A DNA stretch of 39,920 bases. Origin: Octopus sinensis. Lineage: Eukaryota. The notes under the pieces are model-generated. The model was not told the origin of the DNA and made no database searches. It saw nothing but the letters and a program-made list of their open reading frames with translations. The stretch spans positions 1-39,920 of the forward strand of contig NW_021832024.1 in assembly GCF_006345805.1 (NCBI RefSeq), written 5' to 3'. A program made the translations under genes and the position numbers. Shown here in pieces: positions 11,706-24,150 of this stretch (positions within the stretch are counted from its first letter, which is position 1; every line of letters starts with the position of its first letter).

Positions 11706-12816
11706 AGGCACTATGACAATTTGAATGGCATTGAATTGGTCGAAATTTACCCTAATTAAGCCTAACTGAATTATTAGCCATATTTGTAAAGTCGCATCTT
11801 TAAAACTGAGATGATAGTCATCTTCAAGTAACGCAACTTAATAGTGTCCAGGAATAGAAGTTGCCTATGAAACATTTTATTAATTTTTGCCAATTATCAA
11901 AATATCTATATTAAATCTATTTTGTTGCATGTACAAAACAGTCGATTCCGCGACGTAAGCGCTAGCTCTCTCTGTATTATCAGACCCAGCTAAATTCAAA
12001 AGTAGACGCTACAGAGATTTGAGTGTGGATGTTTGTAGAAGATATAGAACGAAATTAATCCTGAGATTCTGTAATATGACACGATTTCGAAAAAAATTTA
12101 ATAGACTATCAAAAAATGTTATAAACCATATGGGATCAGGGCATCCACAGAAGTTAGATTCTCTTCGATTTGATGGGAATTTTTCCAATACTTTTCCCCA
12201 TACCGTTGGACATAAACAGGAGGAAGCTTTTCATTCGAGTCTTGCTCTCTAAACGTTATTAAAGCAGCGAGAGACGATAAATTGCATTCTCAAAACGACG
12301 ATTTCATACTAATTTTGGAATCTAGATTTATGTAGCTTAATTTAGTGCATTTTTCGTAGAAATATATTTTTTATCACTAATTAGTTCATGTGTTTCTTGA
12401 AATTCTAGCTCAAACTCACGTTCGGAGTCTTGTATTTGTGTTCCGTTTCGGCCGTCGCAGCACAGGAATATGGTATTTTGACAAGTTGCATCAGTGCTAC
12501 TTGCCTTTCTATTGACTTTGTGCTTTTGCGCTATGTCGTGGCCAGAAGCGACGATGGCCGTATGGAATTCGCGAGAAATCTCCTTTCTTAGAGTATAGAA
12601 ATCATGCAGAATATATTATTTTCTAAGTGAGCATTAACGAAAAAACCTCTAACTTCTAAATTTTATAATGATTATCTCACTAAGCTACATCGATTTTTAC
12701 ATCAAAATAATACAAAACAAGTCTTCTTCGTGACTATCATTACCGCCGAATTCGACTTATACTGCTCCAGCGTTACCGTTCAGCAGTGAAAACCAAAACC
12801 AGAACAAACGTTGTGA

Positions 12817-12883
12817 ATGGGGGAAAATACCGTGGTGACTGTGGGAACATGCATGATATGTAAGCGTCGGATTTTAATCAAAG
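12817..12883 (+). CDS. Candidate alternative first coding exon MGENTVVTVGTCMICKRRILIK (phase 1)
   Basis: ATG at 12817; donors GTAAGC (12860) and AG|GTAAAT (12884), both phase 1; CpG-retaining upstream sequence. Confidence 0.3.
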
Positions 12884-12949
12884 GTAAATGAGAAGAAAGT
12901 TCACATGCAGAACTTACAAATTATATATAACTGTTCACGGGAAAATGTA

Positions 12950-13517
12950 TTGAGTTGTCCGGAAAGTTCGTGCCGATTTATAGTAGCTTACATTTCGACT
13001 TATTTTAGAACCTGGTTGAGTCCATAAAATAGGAATTGACTACACCTCCATTTAGAGCACAGTTAAAGCTATCTTTTCGTAGAAGCAGGTTTATGTTCCT
13101 ATAACCTGTGTTAATTCTGTAGTCCTTTAAAATGGAAGATAAGAAAGTTCTTTTTCAGCACTTGATATTTTGGGAACCAGGCAAAAATTGCTGCAGCTCG
13201 GTTGGAATGTGTTACCCCACCCTCCATATTCACCAGATATTGCTCCTTCGGATTTCCACTTATTCAGGTCTCTGCAGAATAGTCTTAATGGTAAAAATTT
13301 CAATTCCTTGGATGACGTAAAAAGGTATCTTGATGAATTCTTTGTCATGAAACCACCTCAATTCTGGGGAGAGGATATTTTTAAGTTAAAGGGAAAGATG
13401 GAGACGTATTGTGCAACAAAATGGTTCATATTTGGTTGATTAAAAATGTAATGGCAAGTATTCATTGACCTTTTTCCTTTCCTATAAAAATCGGCACGAA
13501 CTTTCCGTACAACCCAA
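12950..13517 (+). mobile_element. Internally deleted mariner (DD34D-type) transposon
   Basis: ~30-bp TIRs TTG(A/G)GTTGT(C/A)CGGAAAGTTCGTGCCGATTT flanked by TA; residual ORF LGWNVLPHPPYSPDIAPSDFHLFRSLQN (YSPDLAPSD motif). Confidence 0.93.
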
Positions 13518-13898
13518 TATTTGAATATGAAAATAATGAAACAAAAAGTGGAACATTTCGTGGCTAAACTGCGCTTGTCTTCCCCTCTACAGAACTCTAC
13601 AATGATACCTACTTTAAGAGAGTAAATTGATTTTTCTTTTATGTTCGCTGTGAACTAAAGAGGAATAATTATTAGGACGGTTGATCTCGGATAAGATTCT
13701 TGTTTCACAAAAACATTGTTGATTGTTTTTAAACTTTTTCATCTTGCTGCTGATATCTTTCTGAAATGGATTGATATTTCTTGTAAACTTCATATTTTTG
13801 ATGAAGATAAGAGACATTCAAACGCTAAAAATACACTTTTAGTAGGAGAACGTTTTTACTTTGTTTTATGCCAAATTAATTTTTCGTTTTATCTTCAG

Positions 13899-13918
13899 GA
13901 AAATATTTCTTCAAAGAA
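13899..13918 (+). CDS. Candidate 20-nt micro-exon (R/G)KYFFKE, phase 1 to 0
   Basis: Acceptor TTTTCGTTTTATCTTCAG and donor GTAAAT at 13919. Confidence 0.4.
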
Positions 13919-14755
13919 GTAAATAGTCTATCGGATCTCCTACAAAAATCTTTCGATTTATTTGACGACCTTTTAAGTAGACCCGATTTAAAGGAGCTAG
14001 TAATGATTTTCTTTGTTTTGTTTTTTTTTGTGGGAGGTTTTTGGCATAGAAAGCGTATCGGGTGTTGTATGTATCTTTTGAATCTCTCTCTGTTTACAAA
14101 AGTGATCTATTTATTGTAGCAAATGTTATTTTTAGCAATATTAATAAGAAAAGGAAATTGAGATATCTATTATACATTTAATGATTGGCTGTAACTTCGA
14201 AATTTCACCCAGTAATATCTCCTGATCTCACACGAATAAGGTATATAGGCTCAGGCATAGCTTCTTTAAGAAATTCACTTTGCAGCCAATTCAGTACCAG
14301 CACATGGCAACTTGAGAAAATATTATCAACTAAAGCTCCGGGTCAAACATTCCCTTATGAGTCAATTTGGTAGACGGAAACTGTGAGTAGCTCGACGCAC
14401 ACGTGTTTGTGTTCGTGTCTGTGATATAAAATAAGCGAACGTTTAAATAACTTCGAATATGTTGCGTCATATTTGGCCAGTAAAAAGACGCCATTCGGCC
14501 GCGGTTTGCTGTGAAGAGAATTCTCGCTTTGGACAACAGGTGTTAAAATTCCGACTATCATTCCTTTTGGGGTTTTATCATAAACAGTAACAAATTTCAA
14601 GTAAATATGTTTAAAATAATAAACGTTTCAATTAATGTAACACACAACAATAACAATATTTTTTGTTGTCATCACAAAAGGTTATTTTTCTGGCGTGTAT
14701 TGTATTGTATGTAGTATGTATAGATGAATGCTTCTAACAAGCTCTCTCTCTCCCC

Positions 14756-14787
<32 letters not shown>

Positions 14788-15341
14788 ACTGTATGTATAC
14801 ATATGCATATATATACATACACACACAAATATATAGACACACAAGCACATATAAAAATACACGCGGTCCTATATATCGATATACGTATTTTTATATTTGT
14901 ATATATATATATATTATATATATATGCGATATAATTTATCACTCATTTATATATGTGTGTTCGTATAAACAAATCGTGAATGGATAGAAAAAATGTAGAA
15001 AATGGAGGAGCTGAACTGAATTATACTTCTTGGTATTCGCTCTCTATTAAAATAATTAGGAGAGCTACATAACACGGTAAAATAACACATAATTTAAGGT
15101 AGACAAACTGCTTTGGTAATTGAAGAAAATGTTTTTGTTTATGCTGTATATATCGTAAGTAGTATTTACAATATGCCATATATTTTGCAAAACAAGAAAT
15201 ACATATGTATGTATGTAAACATTTAATCTAGTGGAGGTCTATATGGTGACAAGAGGTTGGAACTGAAGGAAGATAATTGCAGGATAACAGTTCTGAAGAG
15301 GTTCTAGTTTATTATGCCTAGGAAACAATGAATGAATGTAC

Positions 15342-15394
15342 GTATATATATATATATATATATATATAATTATATATATATATATAATATATAG

Positions 15395-15427
<33 letters not shown>

Positions 15428-15472
15428 TTAATTATATTTATATATATAAATATATATATATATATTTATATA

Positions 15473-15519
<47 letters not shown>

Positions 15520-15594
15520 TATGTATATATATATGTATATTATATTATATATATATATATATATAATATATATATTTGGTGTGTGTTGTGTATT

Positions 15595-15639
<45 letters not shown>

Positions 15640-16176
15640 GTATATGTATATATATATGTATATGGATATATATATATATACTGACTTACATTCACGCATA
15701 CATATACACCAGACATACCATACGTAAATATATATAGACATATATATATATATATATTATTATATATAATATATATATATATATACTGACTTACATTCAC
15801 GCATACATATACACAGACATACATACGTAAATATATATATAGACATACATATATATATATATATATATATACATACATACCCACAAACATGCATACATAC
15901 ATACGTACGTACACGCACACATAGGCACACATATATTTATATAGGGGTGGACCTGAATGGAGAACTATGTTATAAGATTATGTCTCTTGATTTTCAGGCA
16001 ATAATCTCGCACTAAATAAGAGAGAGAGAGAGAGAGAGAAGAGAGTGAGCTGAATATCACATTTAGCACATTCATTTTCACATAGCATTATTCCTTACAA
16101 ATACAGTAAACAATACATATGTATGTATGTTTGTGTATATATACTATATATCGTCAACACGTATATATATTTACAT

Positions 16177-16221
<45 letters not shown>

Positions 16222-16409
16222 ATATATACATAAGTAGGTAGGTACTGTGTTTGTATGTGTGTGTGTATTTTAAAGAGCCTGACCGAAGGCAAATTTGTTA
16301 GAATTTTCCCTTGAATTTCGTGCAGCCAAACTCTGATTCTTATTCGATTGTGCAAAGATACATATATTTTATATTTAAATATATATATATATATACTATA
16401 TATATATGC

Positions 16410-16489
<80 letters not shown>

Positions 16490-16630
16490 GTATGTATGTA
16501 TGTATATATATATATATATAATATATATATATATTGTATGTGTATATATATATATATATGTATGTATGTATATATTGTGTATATATATATATATAACATT
16601 ATATACATATATATATATATATATACATAT

Positions 16631-16677
<47 letters not shown>

Positions 16678-16700
16678 ATATATATATAATATATATATAC

Positions 16701-16733
<33 letters not shown>

Positions 16734-16740
16734 TATATAC
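15342..16740. repeat. Compound (TA)n/(TATG)n/(CA)n microsatellite blocks
   Basis: Directly visible; includes a ~105-bp local duplication (~15680 and ~15785). Confidence 0.95.
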
Positions 16741-17633
16741 ATATCGTTAAGTAGTAGCATTACATGCTGCAGAGTTTTATCATAACAACAATATTTACGT
16801 GCGTGAAATTATATGCTGTTACTACGAACGATTTGGTGTATCTTAAAGCAGTGTTATTATCTAAAATATACATTATACACAAAATACATGACATATTTAG
16901 AGAAGGTTTCCTGAAAAGGCATATGTGAAATTACAAATTGCAATATCAATTATTATAGGATGAATATGAACTGGATTAAAATAAAATCGAGATAAGCTGT
17001 AATAAAGTTTTGTATTATGGTATAGTTGTTGGACCTGTATAATATTTATCTGTTCAGTTAGATAATACTGGAGAATTCGAGTTATAATACAGCGATGTGC
17101 AACAGAATAAGCTTAATGGAGATTAATAAATATCAGTGTTTTAAAAGGAAATAGTAATTCGTGGATTTGTAAATTAAAAAAAATGAAACTGTAGAAGAAG
17201 ATTCATTGCATGTAATACTAAACAACAAAATGAAATTGCACAAATTTCAATGTTTGGTTTACAAGTCACTATTCTGTAATTTCTAAGATGGATCAAATGG
17301 TTACAATATGGATCCGTTTTAAAGAAAATGTATTTTGCTTTTCGTGAAAAATAACTGTATGCTTAATTTGCTTCGTTTTTCGTTTATAAAGTTTTGTGTA
17401 ACTGTACTAATTTACTAATATTATTATGTACTGTTATTTTATTTTTAATTACTACCTAACTGGAAATATATAGTAAGTTTGAAAATATGATTCTAAAAAT
17501 TGTGTGTCTGCAAGATGAGACTAAATCAGATTGCCAATGAATTAGTTGGATCGAAGAGATATTTCCCAATCAAAATTGACTTTACGTTACACGCGGTTTT
17601 TTCAACTTATCTTCGTACTATATTAGCAAGGTA

Positions 17634-18765
17634 CAGGGTGCGTAAGGTATTTGAGGACATACCTTATTGGGGTCATTGGTGCTTGTCTCTAACTCTGTAA
17701 AATATTTGCATGCTGTTCTTTTGGTTATAAAGGCTGAACATAGCAATTTAGAAATATCTCGATTTTTTAAAAGTTGCCAAATCTTTCGTCTACAATGTTT
17801 ATAAGGTGCTAGAAACTGAAGATGGAAGCGTATCACCAGTATCAAAGCATAAAAATCATTCTAAACGCTCTAAAATCATCAGAACACCTTAATTTATCCA
17901 GCAAGTTCAAGAGATCATTGATTACAATCCCAGAAAATCCATGAGGTCAATTTTCAGAAGGGACAAACAGAAATGTTGTCCACGAAGATATCACGTAAGC
18001 CTTATATGATGAGAAAAGGTCAATTTCTCAGAAAAAGCAAAAGAAATTACTACATCAGATCTAAAAGGTTCTTAAACAAACTGAATAATCTAACAGAAGA
18101 AAATTTGGTTTGGTTTTTCTGAAACGAGAAAAACTTCAAACAAGATCAAAAAGTTTACAGAAGAAATGACTGATGGTTATGTGCAGACCCTTCTGAAGTT
18201 CCAAGTATTATGTATACAAACTTTCCTGCAACTCTCTTGGTTTTAGGGTTTGTCATCAATGAAGGACATGTGATGCCTCCTTACTTCTTTCCACAAAGTC
18301 TTAGAGTTACTTCTGCCGCCTACATTGAGGTCCTTGAATAAATGTTAAGCCATGGCTCTAGTAACACAGGAATGGATGACTGAAAATGTTCAATAATCGC
18401 ATAGCCCCTAACATTTGGCCTCCTAATTTCCCAGCTCTCCATCCATTGGACTATTACATGTGAAGCATTGTTGAGAGAGAGCCCAATGAACATGCCCATA
18501 ACACCAAAGATTCTCTCAAAGCTGCCATGGGCAGAGTAATGTCCAGAATGAACCAGGAGCACTCGATTCGAGTATGTAGATGATTTGGATCTCATATTGA
18601 AGCAGTTGTTGAAGCTGAAGGTGGCTTCATGGAATAACATTGTAGAAAAGAAGGTTTATTTTTATCCTCATAGACTTTGTGATAAATAAATTTATTATCT
18701 GTTATTATATACCTGTGGGGTTTTTTATAAACGTAAATCAGTCCTCACATATCTTACGCACCCTG
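17634..18765 (+). mobile_element. Tc1/mariner transposon, maT (DD37D)-like, with decayed transposase
   Basis: 24-bp TIRs CAGGGTGCGTAAG(G/A)TAT(T/G)TGAGGA; remnants WFF*NEKNFKQDQK, GHVMPPYFF, IWPPNFPALHPLDYY, AVVEAEGGFME*. Confidence 0.92.
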
Positions 18766-19524
18766 TGCAATGACGATCTTATTCTCAATCTCGAGTACAT
18801 GTTGTTCCTGGAAGAAATATTTGTGTCATTAAAGCTGTCAACTGCTCTCTATATAACGTTTCTTTAACATCATGTGTGTGTCTGTGTGTGCGTGTATGCG
18901 TGCGTGAGTGTGTGTGCGTCCGAGCGTGCGCGCGTACACGTATGTGTGTGTGTGTGTATCGAGGTCTTTGCACTGCATCTAACCTCGTCACCGATACGAG
19001 GCCCCAACAACTGGATCGATTTACCAGTATTCGAACTTAAGTCCATTTATGCATCATCACCATTGAAATTGTGAAGTCATGCATTTTTGATTTGTGATAT
19101 AGGCAAACAAATACCTGCCACACGTCCATACACCACTTCTGCAATCAGATCTCATCGTTCCTTTTCAACCATATCCAATGGCTGGTTCTCTCAGCTTTTG
19201 CCCTGATTTCTTTGAAAATGGCGTTTAATTGACGTTGATTGATGGCTAATTGATAGCAGCCACTGACTCAGACGTGCTCCATAAAAAAAACCCTTTACAT
19301 CTAACCCCTACAGGAAAATCTAAAGCACAACAACTAACATCTTTTCACTCTCCTAGTAGCATCAAATAACATTTGTCTTTCCTAACTAAATCAGCGTCAA
19401 TATAGTTTTCATGCGGAACGTGTAATCCACCAAGATGTACTATCTTACGTTGCTAACACCAGCTAAATATAGAATAGGATAAAATGCCATCATTTTTCGA
19501 TAGCCAGCATCATTTTCATACAAG

Positions 19525-19986
19525 TCAGCGAGCAGGTAGAATCGCTAGCACGCCGGAAAAAATGTTTCGCAGCATTTCGTCTGCCTTTACGTTCTGAGTT
19601 CAAATTCCGCCGAGGTTGACTTTGCCTTTCATCCTTTCGGAGTCGATAAATTAAGTACCTATTTCTTTACTACCCACAAGGGGCTAAACACAGAGAGGAC
19701 GAACAAGGACAGACAAACGGATTAAGTCGATCATATCGACCCCAGTGCGTAACTGTACTTATTTAATCGACCCCGAAAGGATGAAAGGCAAAGTCGACCT
19801 CGGCGGAATTTGAACTCAGAACGTAACGGCAGACGAAATACCGCTAAGCATTTCGCCCGGCGCGCTAACGCTTCTGCCAGCTCGCCGCCTTCGATAAATT
19901 AAGTACCAGTTGTGTACTGGGGTCGATCTAATTGACTGGCCTCCTCCCCCAAAATTTCGGGCCTTGTGCCTAGAGTAGAAAAGAAT
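19525..19986 (+). mobile_element. SINE family C, interrupted by a second family C copy
   Basis: GCGAGC...GAGTTCAAATTCC...GCCTTTCATCCTTTCGG..TCGATAAATTAAGTACC; resumes at 19891. Confidence 0.88.
19660..19890 (-). mobile_element. Young full-length SINE family C inserted antisense with a 17-bp TSD
   Basis: TCGATAAATTAAGTACC duplicated at 19643-19659 and 19891-19907. Confidence 0.93.
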
Positions 19987-20096
19987 ATAGTTCTCATGTG
20001 GAACAGGTGTGCTATCTTACGTTGCTCACATCAGCTAAATATAGAATAGGATAAAATGCCATCATTTCCTATAGCCAGCATCATTTTCATACAAGT

Positions 20097-20320
20097 CAGC
20101 GAGTTGGCAGATTCGTTAGCACCCCGGAGAAAATGTTTAGCAACATTTCATGTGTCCTTGTATGCTGAGTTTAAATGCAAGCGTGGTTGACTCTGCTTTT
20201 CATCTTTTCTGAGTCGTTAAAATAAGTACACGTTGAGTAGTGGGTTCGATGTAAGCGACTTTACACTCTCTCAGAGATTGCTGGCCTTGTGCCAAAATTT
20301 GAAACCAATAGTACTTTCAT
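20097..20320 (+). mobile_element. Diverged SINE family C copy
   Basis: GCGAGTTGGCAGATTCGTTAGC head and CTTTTCATCTTTT core. Confidence 0.8.
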
Positions 20321-20693
20321 ACAACCCAATGATACTTGTACTTCTTTAGTTCGAAATTTGTAATGAAGAAAACTATTTATACAGGTCAATACAACACTTT
20401 TTATGTTGTCAGAAAAGAAAAAAAAAACACTATCAAAGTTTTTTCCTCGAACCACGAGCTTAGGAGGTCGGTTTCTCAGGTTTTGTGATGTATATATTCC
20501 CATTAAATGGCTCACCGGCCCGCCGCAGTGTTACTCATTTTTACCATGTGAATGGACGAAGCAGCATGGAATGGAGTATCTTGCTCAAGACTACAATGCA
20601 TCTCCATGTCCCGGAATAGAAATCACAATCTTGAAATCATCAAATCATCCTAACCACAAATCCACGCACCTCCACTATTACGTTACAATAACA

Positions 20694-21133
20694 TCTCTCT
20701 CTATATAAACGGCAGTTTGTCTGTCTGCGTGTCTGTGTGTCTATCAGGTTGTACCCTCACCCTGACCACGGCTTTCAACCGATTCTGATGAAACTTGACA
20801 CACACATAGCCCAATGTCATAATTCAAAACTAACGCAGCTAAAATTTTGAAAAGTTTCCCCAGTTCTGAAAAAAATCGATAAATTCGACATGGGGTCGAG
20901 AATCTAAGCTTTTTATATGCAACACATTTTCTGTCTAGGGGACACAACTCGACCTTTTTATCGCCCAAAGGGACAGCTAGGAACATCGTATACACAGAAG
21001 TATTCGAGTGAAGAGAAGACATTGCAACCTACACATGCGCCTTCGTTCCCTAGAGGGAAAGGATAAGATTGGGATTAGTCGTTGCCTACTAGGGGCTCTT
21101 ACATACCCGGGCAACGCCGGGCTATGCTGCTAG
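20694..21133 (+). mobile_element. Non-autonomous Helitron
   Basis: A|TC 5' end, subterminal hairpin CCCGGGCAACGCCGGG (21106-21121), CTAG|T 3' end, no TSD. Confidence 0.88.
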
Positions 21134-21559
21134 TCATAATATAAATAAATGCAGAAATAACAATGCCTGTGTCCTCGACCGGTAATAAGTATGACTCTAT
21201 CGCGATGCAGGCTGATTACATATGTTACTCCGTTTGTGTATTTACAATTTTATAGCAGAGAATATTATTTATGGGATTTAATCAAACATTCATTATATTT
21301 TCACAAAATAATAATTATATGAACGCGATTCTAATAGCATAGATGTGTTTTTAAAGGCTAATGTTGTTAATATGGTTCCAATGCGATGTACTGATTACAT
21401 CTGTTTTATGTTTGTATATATTTGTTGGTTTTATGGCAGACAAAGTTATTTATAGATTATAATGAAGCATTCATTAAACTTTATTTTATATTCTTCCATT
21501 TAAGCTTTATAGAATTGAAATATTTTAGAAATCTAATAATTTTTATTATTACCGTATGT

Positions 21560-21595
21560 TTATTGCTATTATTATTATCATCATAACTATTAATA

Positions 21596-21660
<65 letters not shown>

Positions 21661-21700
21661 GCTGTTGTTGATGTTGTTGTTGCTGTTGTCATTATTATTA
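21560..21700. repeat. (TTA)n trinucleotide repeat
   Basis: Directly visible. Confidence 0.95.
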
Positions 21701-21821
21701 TTTAACGCGTATTGACATAACATTTCTTGATATAAACAAAATTAGTTGCATTCTTATTGAAATATTTTGATTTATTTACATACCTAGACATATACGCACA
21801 GATGATATATAATAAACATAT

Positions 21822-21856
<35 letters not shown>

Positions 21857-22117
21857 AATATGCATACATGCACACATACATATACACACACATACACGCG
21901 CGCACACACACACACACACAGAAGTGTTTTGAGCCGAAATATTACGAATAAGCCATTGAATATTCTTTCATATTTTCAACTGATACTAACGATGGTGAAA
22001 CTGCGTGAGTTATTAGAGCATCGGAGAAAACAAACAATCGTATTTGTCTTCGATCGCTGTATTATAAGTTCAATCCTCACCTAGGCCTAATTTGGTTTTC
22101 ATCTCATTAATTACCAG

Positions 22118-22182
22118 GAAGACCGTTAAAAATAGGAGTTAGAAGTAGTAATCATGAATTTTAAGTGTATAAATTATAACAG
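22118..22182 (+). other. Exon-like 65-nt segment (UTR, poison or start exon candidate)
   Basis: CCTAAT branch-like site, TTTTCATCTCATTAATTACCAG acceptor and AG|GTAAGC donor; stops in all three read-through frames; internal ATG at 22154. Confidence 0.3.
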
Positions 22183-22305
22183 GTAAGCTATCAGTAAAAC
22201 TAAGACTACATGTAATCCTAAATTATAGGATTAGGTCTCATTGGTACTGCCGTAATAGTGAGGCTAAGATATAATTCTTACATAGGGTAATAGAGTGGAT
22301 GTATA

Positions 22306-22344
<39 letters not shown>

Positions 22345-22500
22345 GTTTATAAATTTGTGTTACGAAATTCTTGATGAGAAACAGTGTTGAATAATTATTC
22401 TTCTACTTTTACTACTTCCGTCTTTTAGTATGTGACCTCGTCTGTATCACTAGCGATTTTTTCCCCTGTCTTCCCTTCTCGGGATCTTTCCTTCTCCTAT

Positions 22501-22535
22501 GTTTCCGACGAAGAGCTCCGCTCGAAACGTCAAAC
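22501..22535 (+). ncRNA. Minimal type I hammerhead ribozyme motif in a Penelope-like terminal repeat (~22390-22640)
   Basis: GTTT-CCGACGA-A-GAGC(TCC)GCTC-GAAA-CG-TC-AAAC: stem I 4 bp, stem II 4 bp, palindromic ACGT at stem III; U4 changed to C. Confidence 0.75.
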
Positions 22536-22644
22536 CCTCCTTCTTCCCTTCTTTCCTGAGCGTCCAATAATACTTTATTTGTTCCACGTCCTCGCGTTGT
22601 TGTGCTTTTTTTGTTTTTTTTTTGTGTTTTCTTCTTTGGATTAA

Positions 22645-22701
<57 letters not shown>

Positions 22702-22789
22702 ATTTATAAGCAAATGTGTGGATGAGCACATTAGCCTGATCATTCCCATATTTGTTACTATACCCGCTCAAGTTGAATATTTTGAGCAC

Positions 22790-23430
22790 TACTAAGTGGA
22801 TTTACTACTCTCGGCGCAAGGTCCGAAATTTTGAAGAAAAGAGGTCAGTCAATTAGATCGACTCCAGTATACAACTGGCACTTAATTTATCGCCCGCAAA
22901 AGGATGAAAGGCTGCGTCGACCAGGGCGGAATTTGAACTCAGAACGTAACGGCAGACGAAATACCGCTATGAGTTCAAATTTCGCCGAGGGCAATTTTGT
23001 CTGTCAGGCAATCAAATACTAAGATTGATGTAATCGATTCCCCTCTGTCCAGCAGTTTCTAGCCTTGCATCGAAATTTGAAATAGTTATTCGTTTCAAAT
23101 TTTGGCACAAGGCCAGGAATTTCGGAGGAGGGGCTGAGTGGGTTATATCGACCCCAGTGCTTAACTGGTACTTATTTTATCGAGTGTAAAAGGATAAAAG
23201 GCAAATTCGACCTTCGCGGAATTTGAACACGGAACCTTATGAAAACTTTATATAACTATTGTTGTTGTTTGTGTTATAAGGTGTTCGGTTGGCACGGTCG
23301 TTAAAGCGTCAGAATAATCGCTTTCAAGTATTTGTTCCAGTCTTCTATCTTCTGAGTTCGAATTCCTCTCTCGCCAACTTCACTTTTCATCCCTCCAATG
23401 GCCATAAATTAAACGCCAGGTGAAGTACCC
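22790..23430. mobile_element. Cluster of SINE family C fragments (two minus, one plus)
   Basis: GGAATTTGAACTCAGAACGTAACGGCAGACGAAAT and CTGGTACTTATTTTATCG motifs. Confidence 0.8.
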
Positions 23431-23496
23431 TAGTACTTTATCATCAGTTCCATTTCTCTTAAACTTCTTTCCTTTTCACTTAAACTTCAAACAGGT

Positions 23497-23840
23497 ACCT
23501 TGGGCATGTGTCTTCTACTATAGCCTCGGTTCGACCAAAGCCTTGTGAGTGGATTTGGTAGACGGAAACTGAAAGAAGCCCGACGTATATATATATGTAT
23601 GTATATATATTCGTGTGTGTGTGTTTGTGTGTCTGTGTTTGTTCCACCCCCACCCCAACATCGCTTGATGACCGATGCTAGTGTGTTTACGTCCCTGGAA
23701 ATTAGCGGTTCGGCAAAAGAGACCGATAGAATAAGTACTAGACTTACAAAGAATAAGTCCTGGGGTTGATTTGCTCGACTAAAGGCGGTGGTCCAACATG
23801 GCCGCAGTCAAATGACCGCAACAAGTAAAAGAGTAAAAGA
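23497..23840 (+). mobile_element. 5'-truncated SINE family B
   Basis: CTTGGGCATGTGTCTTCTACTATAG through CATGGCCGCAGTCAAATGAC. Confidence 0.88.
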
Positions 23841-24009
23841 GAGCATTTAAGCACCAGATACGTCAAATCTTCCGTCTGTTAAATCTCTTACACACCAGAT
23901 TTTCTAATACACATACACCCGTTTAATATATTGGTTTCGTATTTTTGTACAAGGCCAGCAATTTCGGAGGTGAAGTTAAGTCGACATCGATCTCAGTTTT
24001 TATATAGTA

Positions 24010-24150
24010 TAAGGTTGTCCCAAAAGTTCGTAGAAAGTCTTGGAAAATAATGGTCTTTATTTTGAGGAATAATTTTTGTTGTTATTGTTAGTACTTGGCG
24101 AGTAAAAATTCAATTTTCGCAAGTGTTTACGAACTTTTGGGACAACCTAA
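24010..24150. mobile_element. 141-bp mariner-type MITE inside a minus-strand SINE family C (~23930-24280)
   Basis: Perfect 21-bp inverted repeats AGGTTGTCCCAAAAGTTCGTA / TACGAACTTTTGGGACAACCT with TA on both sides. Confidence 0.9.

Noticed and set aside
12445-12565. Long imperfect hairpin with a CAGTGC loop-like hexamer (pre-miRNA or IRE candidate)
   Set aside because: Pairing is patchy with large bulges, and the IRE upper stem does not form.
17290-17345. Possible exon MDQMVTIWIRFKEN
   Set aside because: Weak donor (AAT|GTATTT); such matches are expected by chance in AT-rich DNA.
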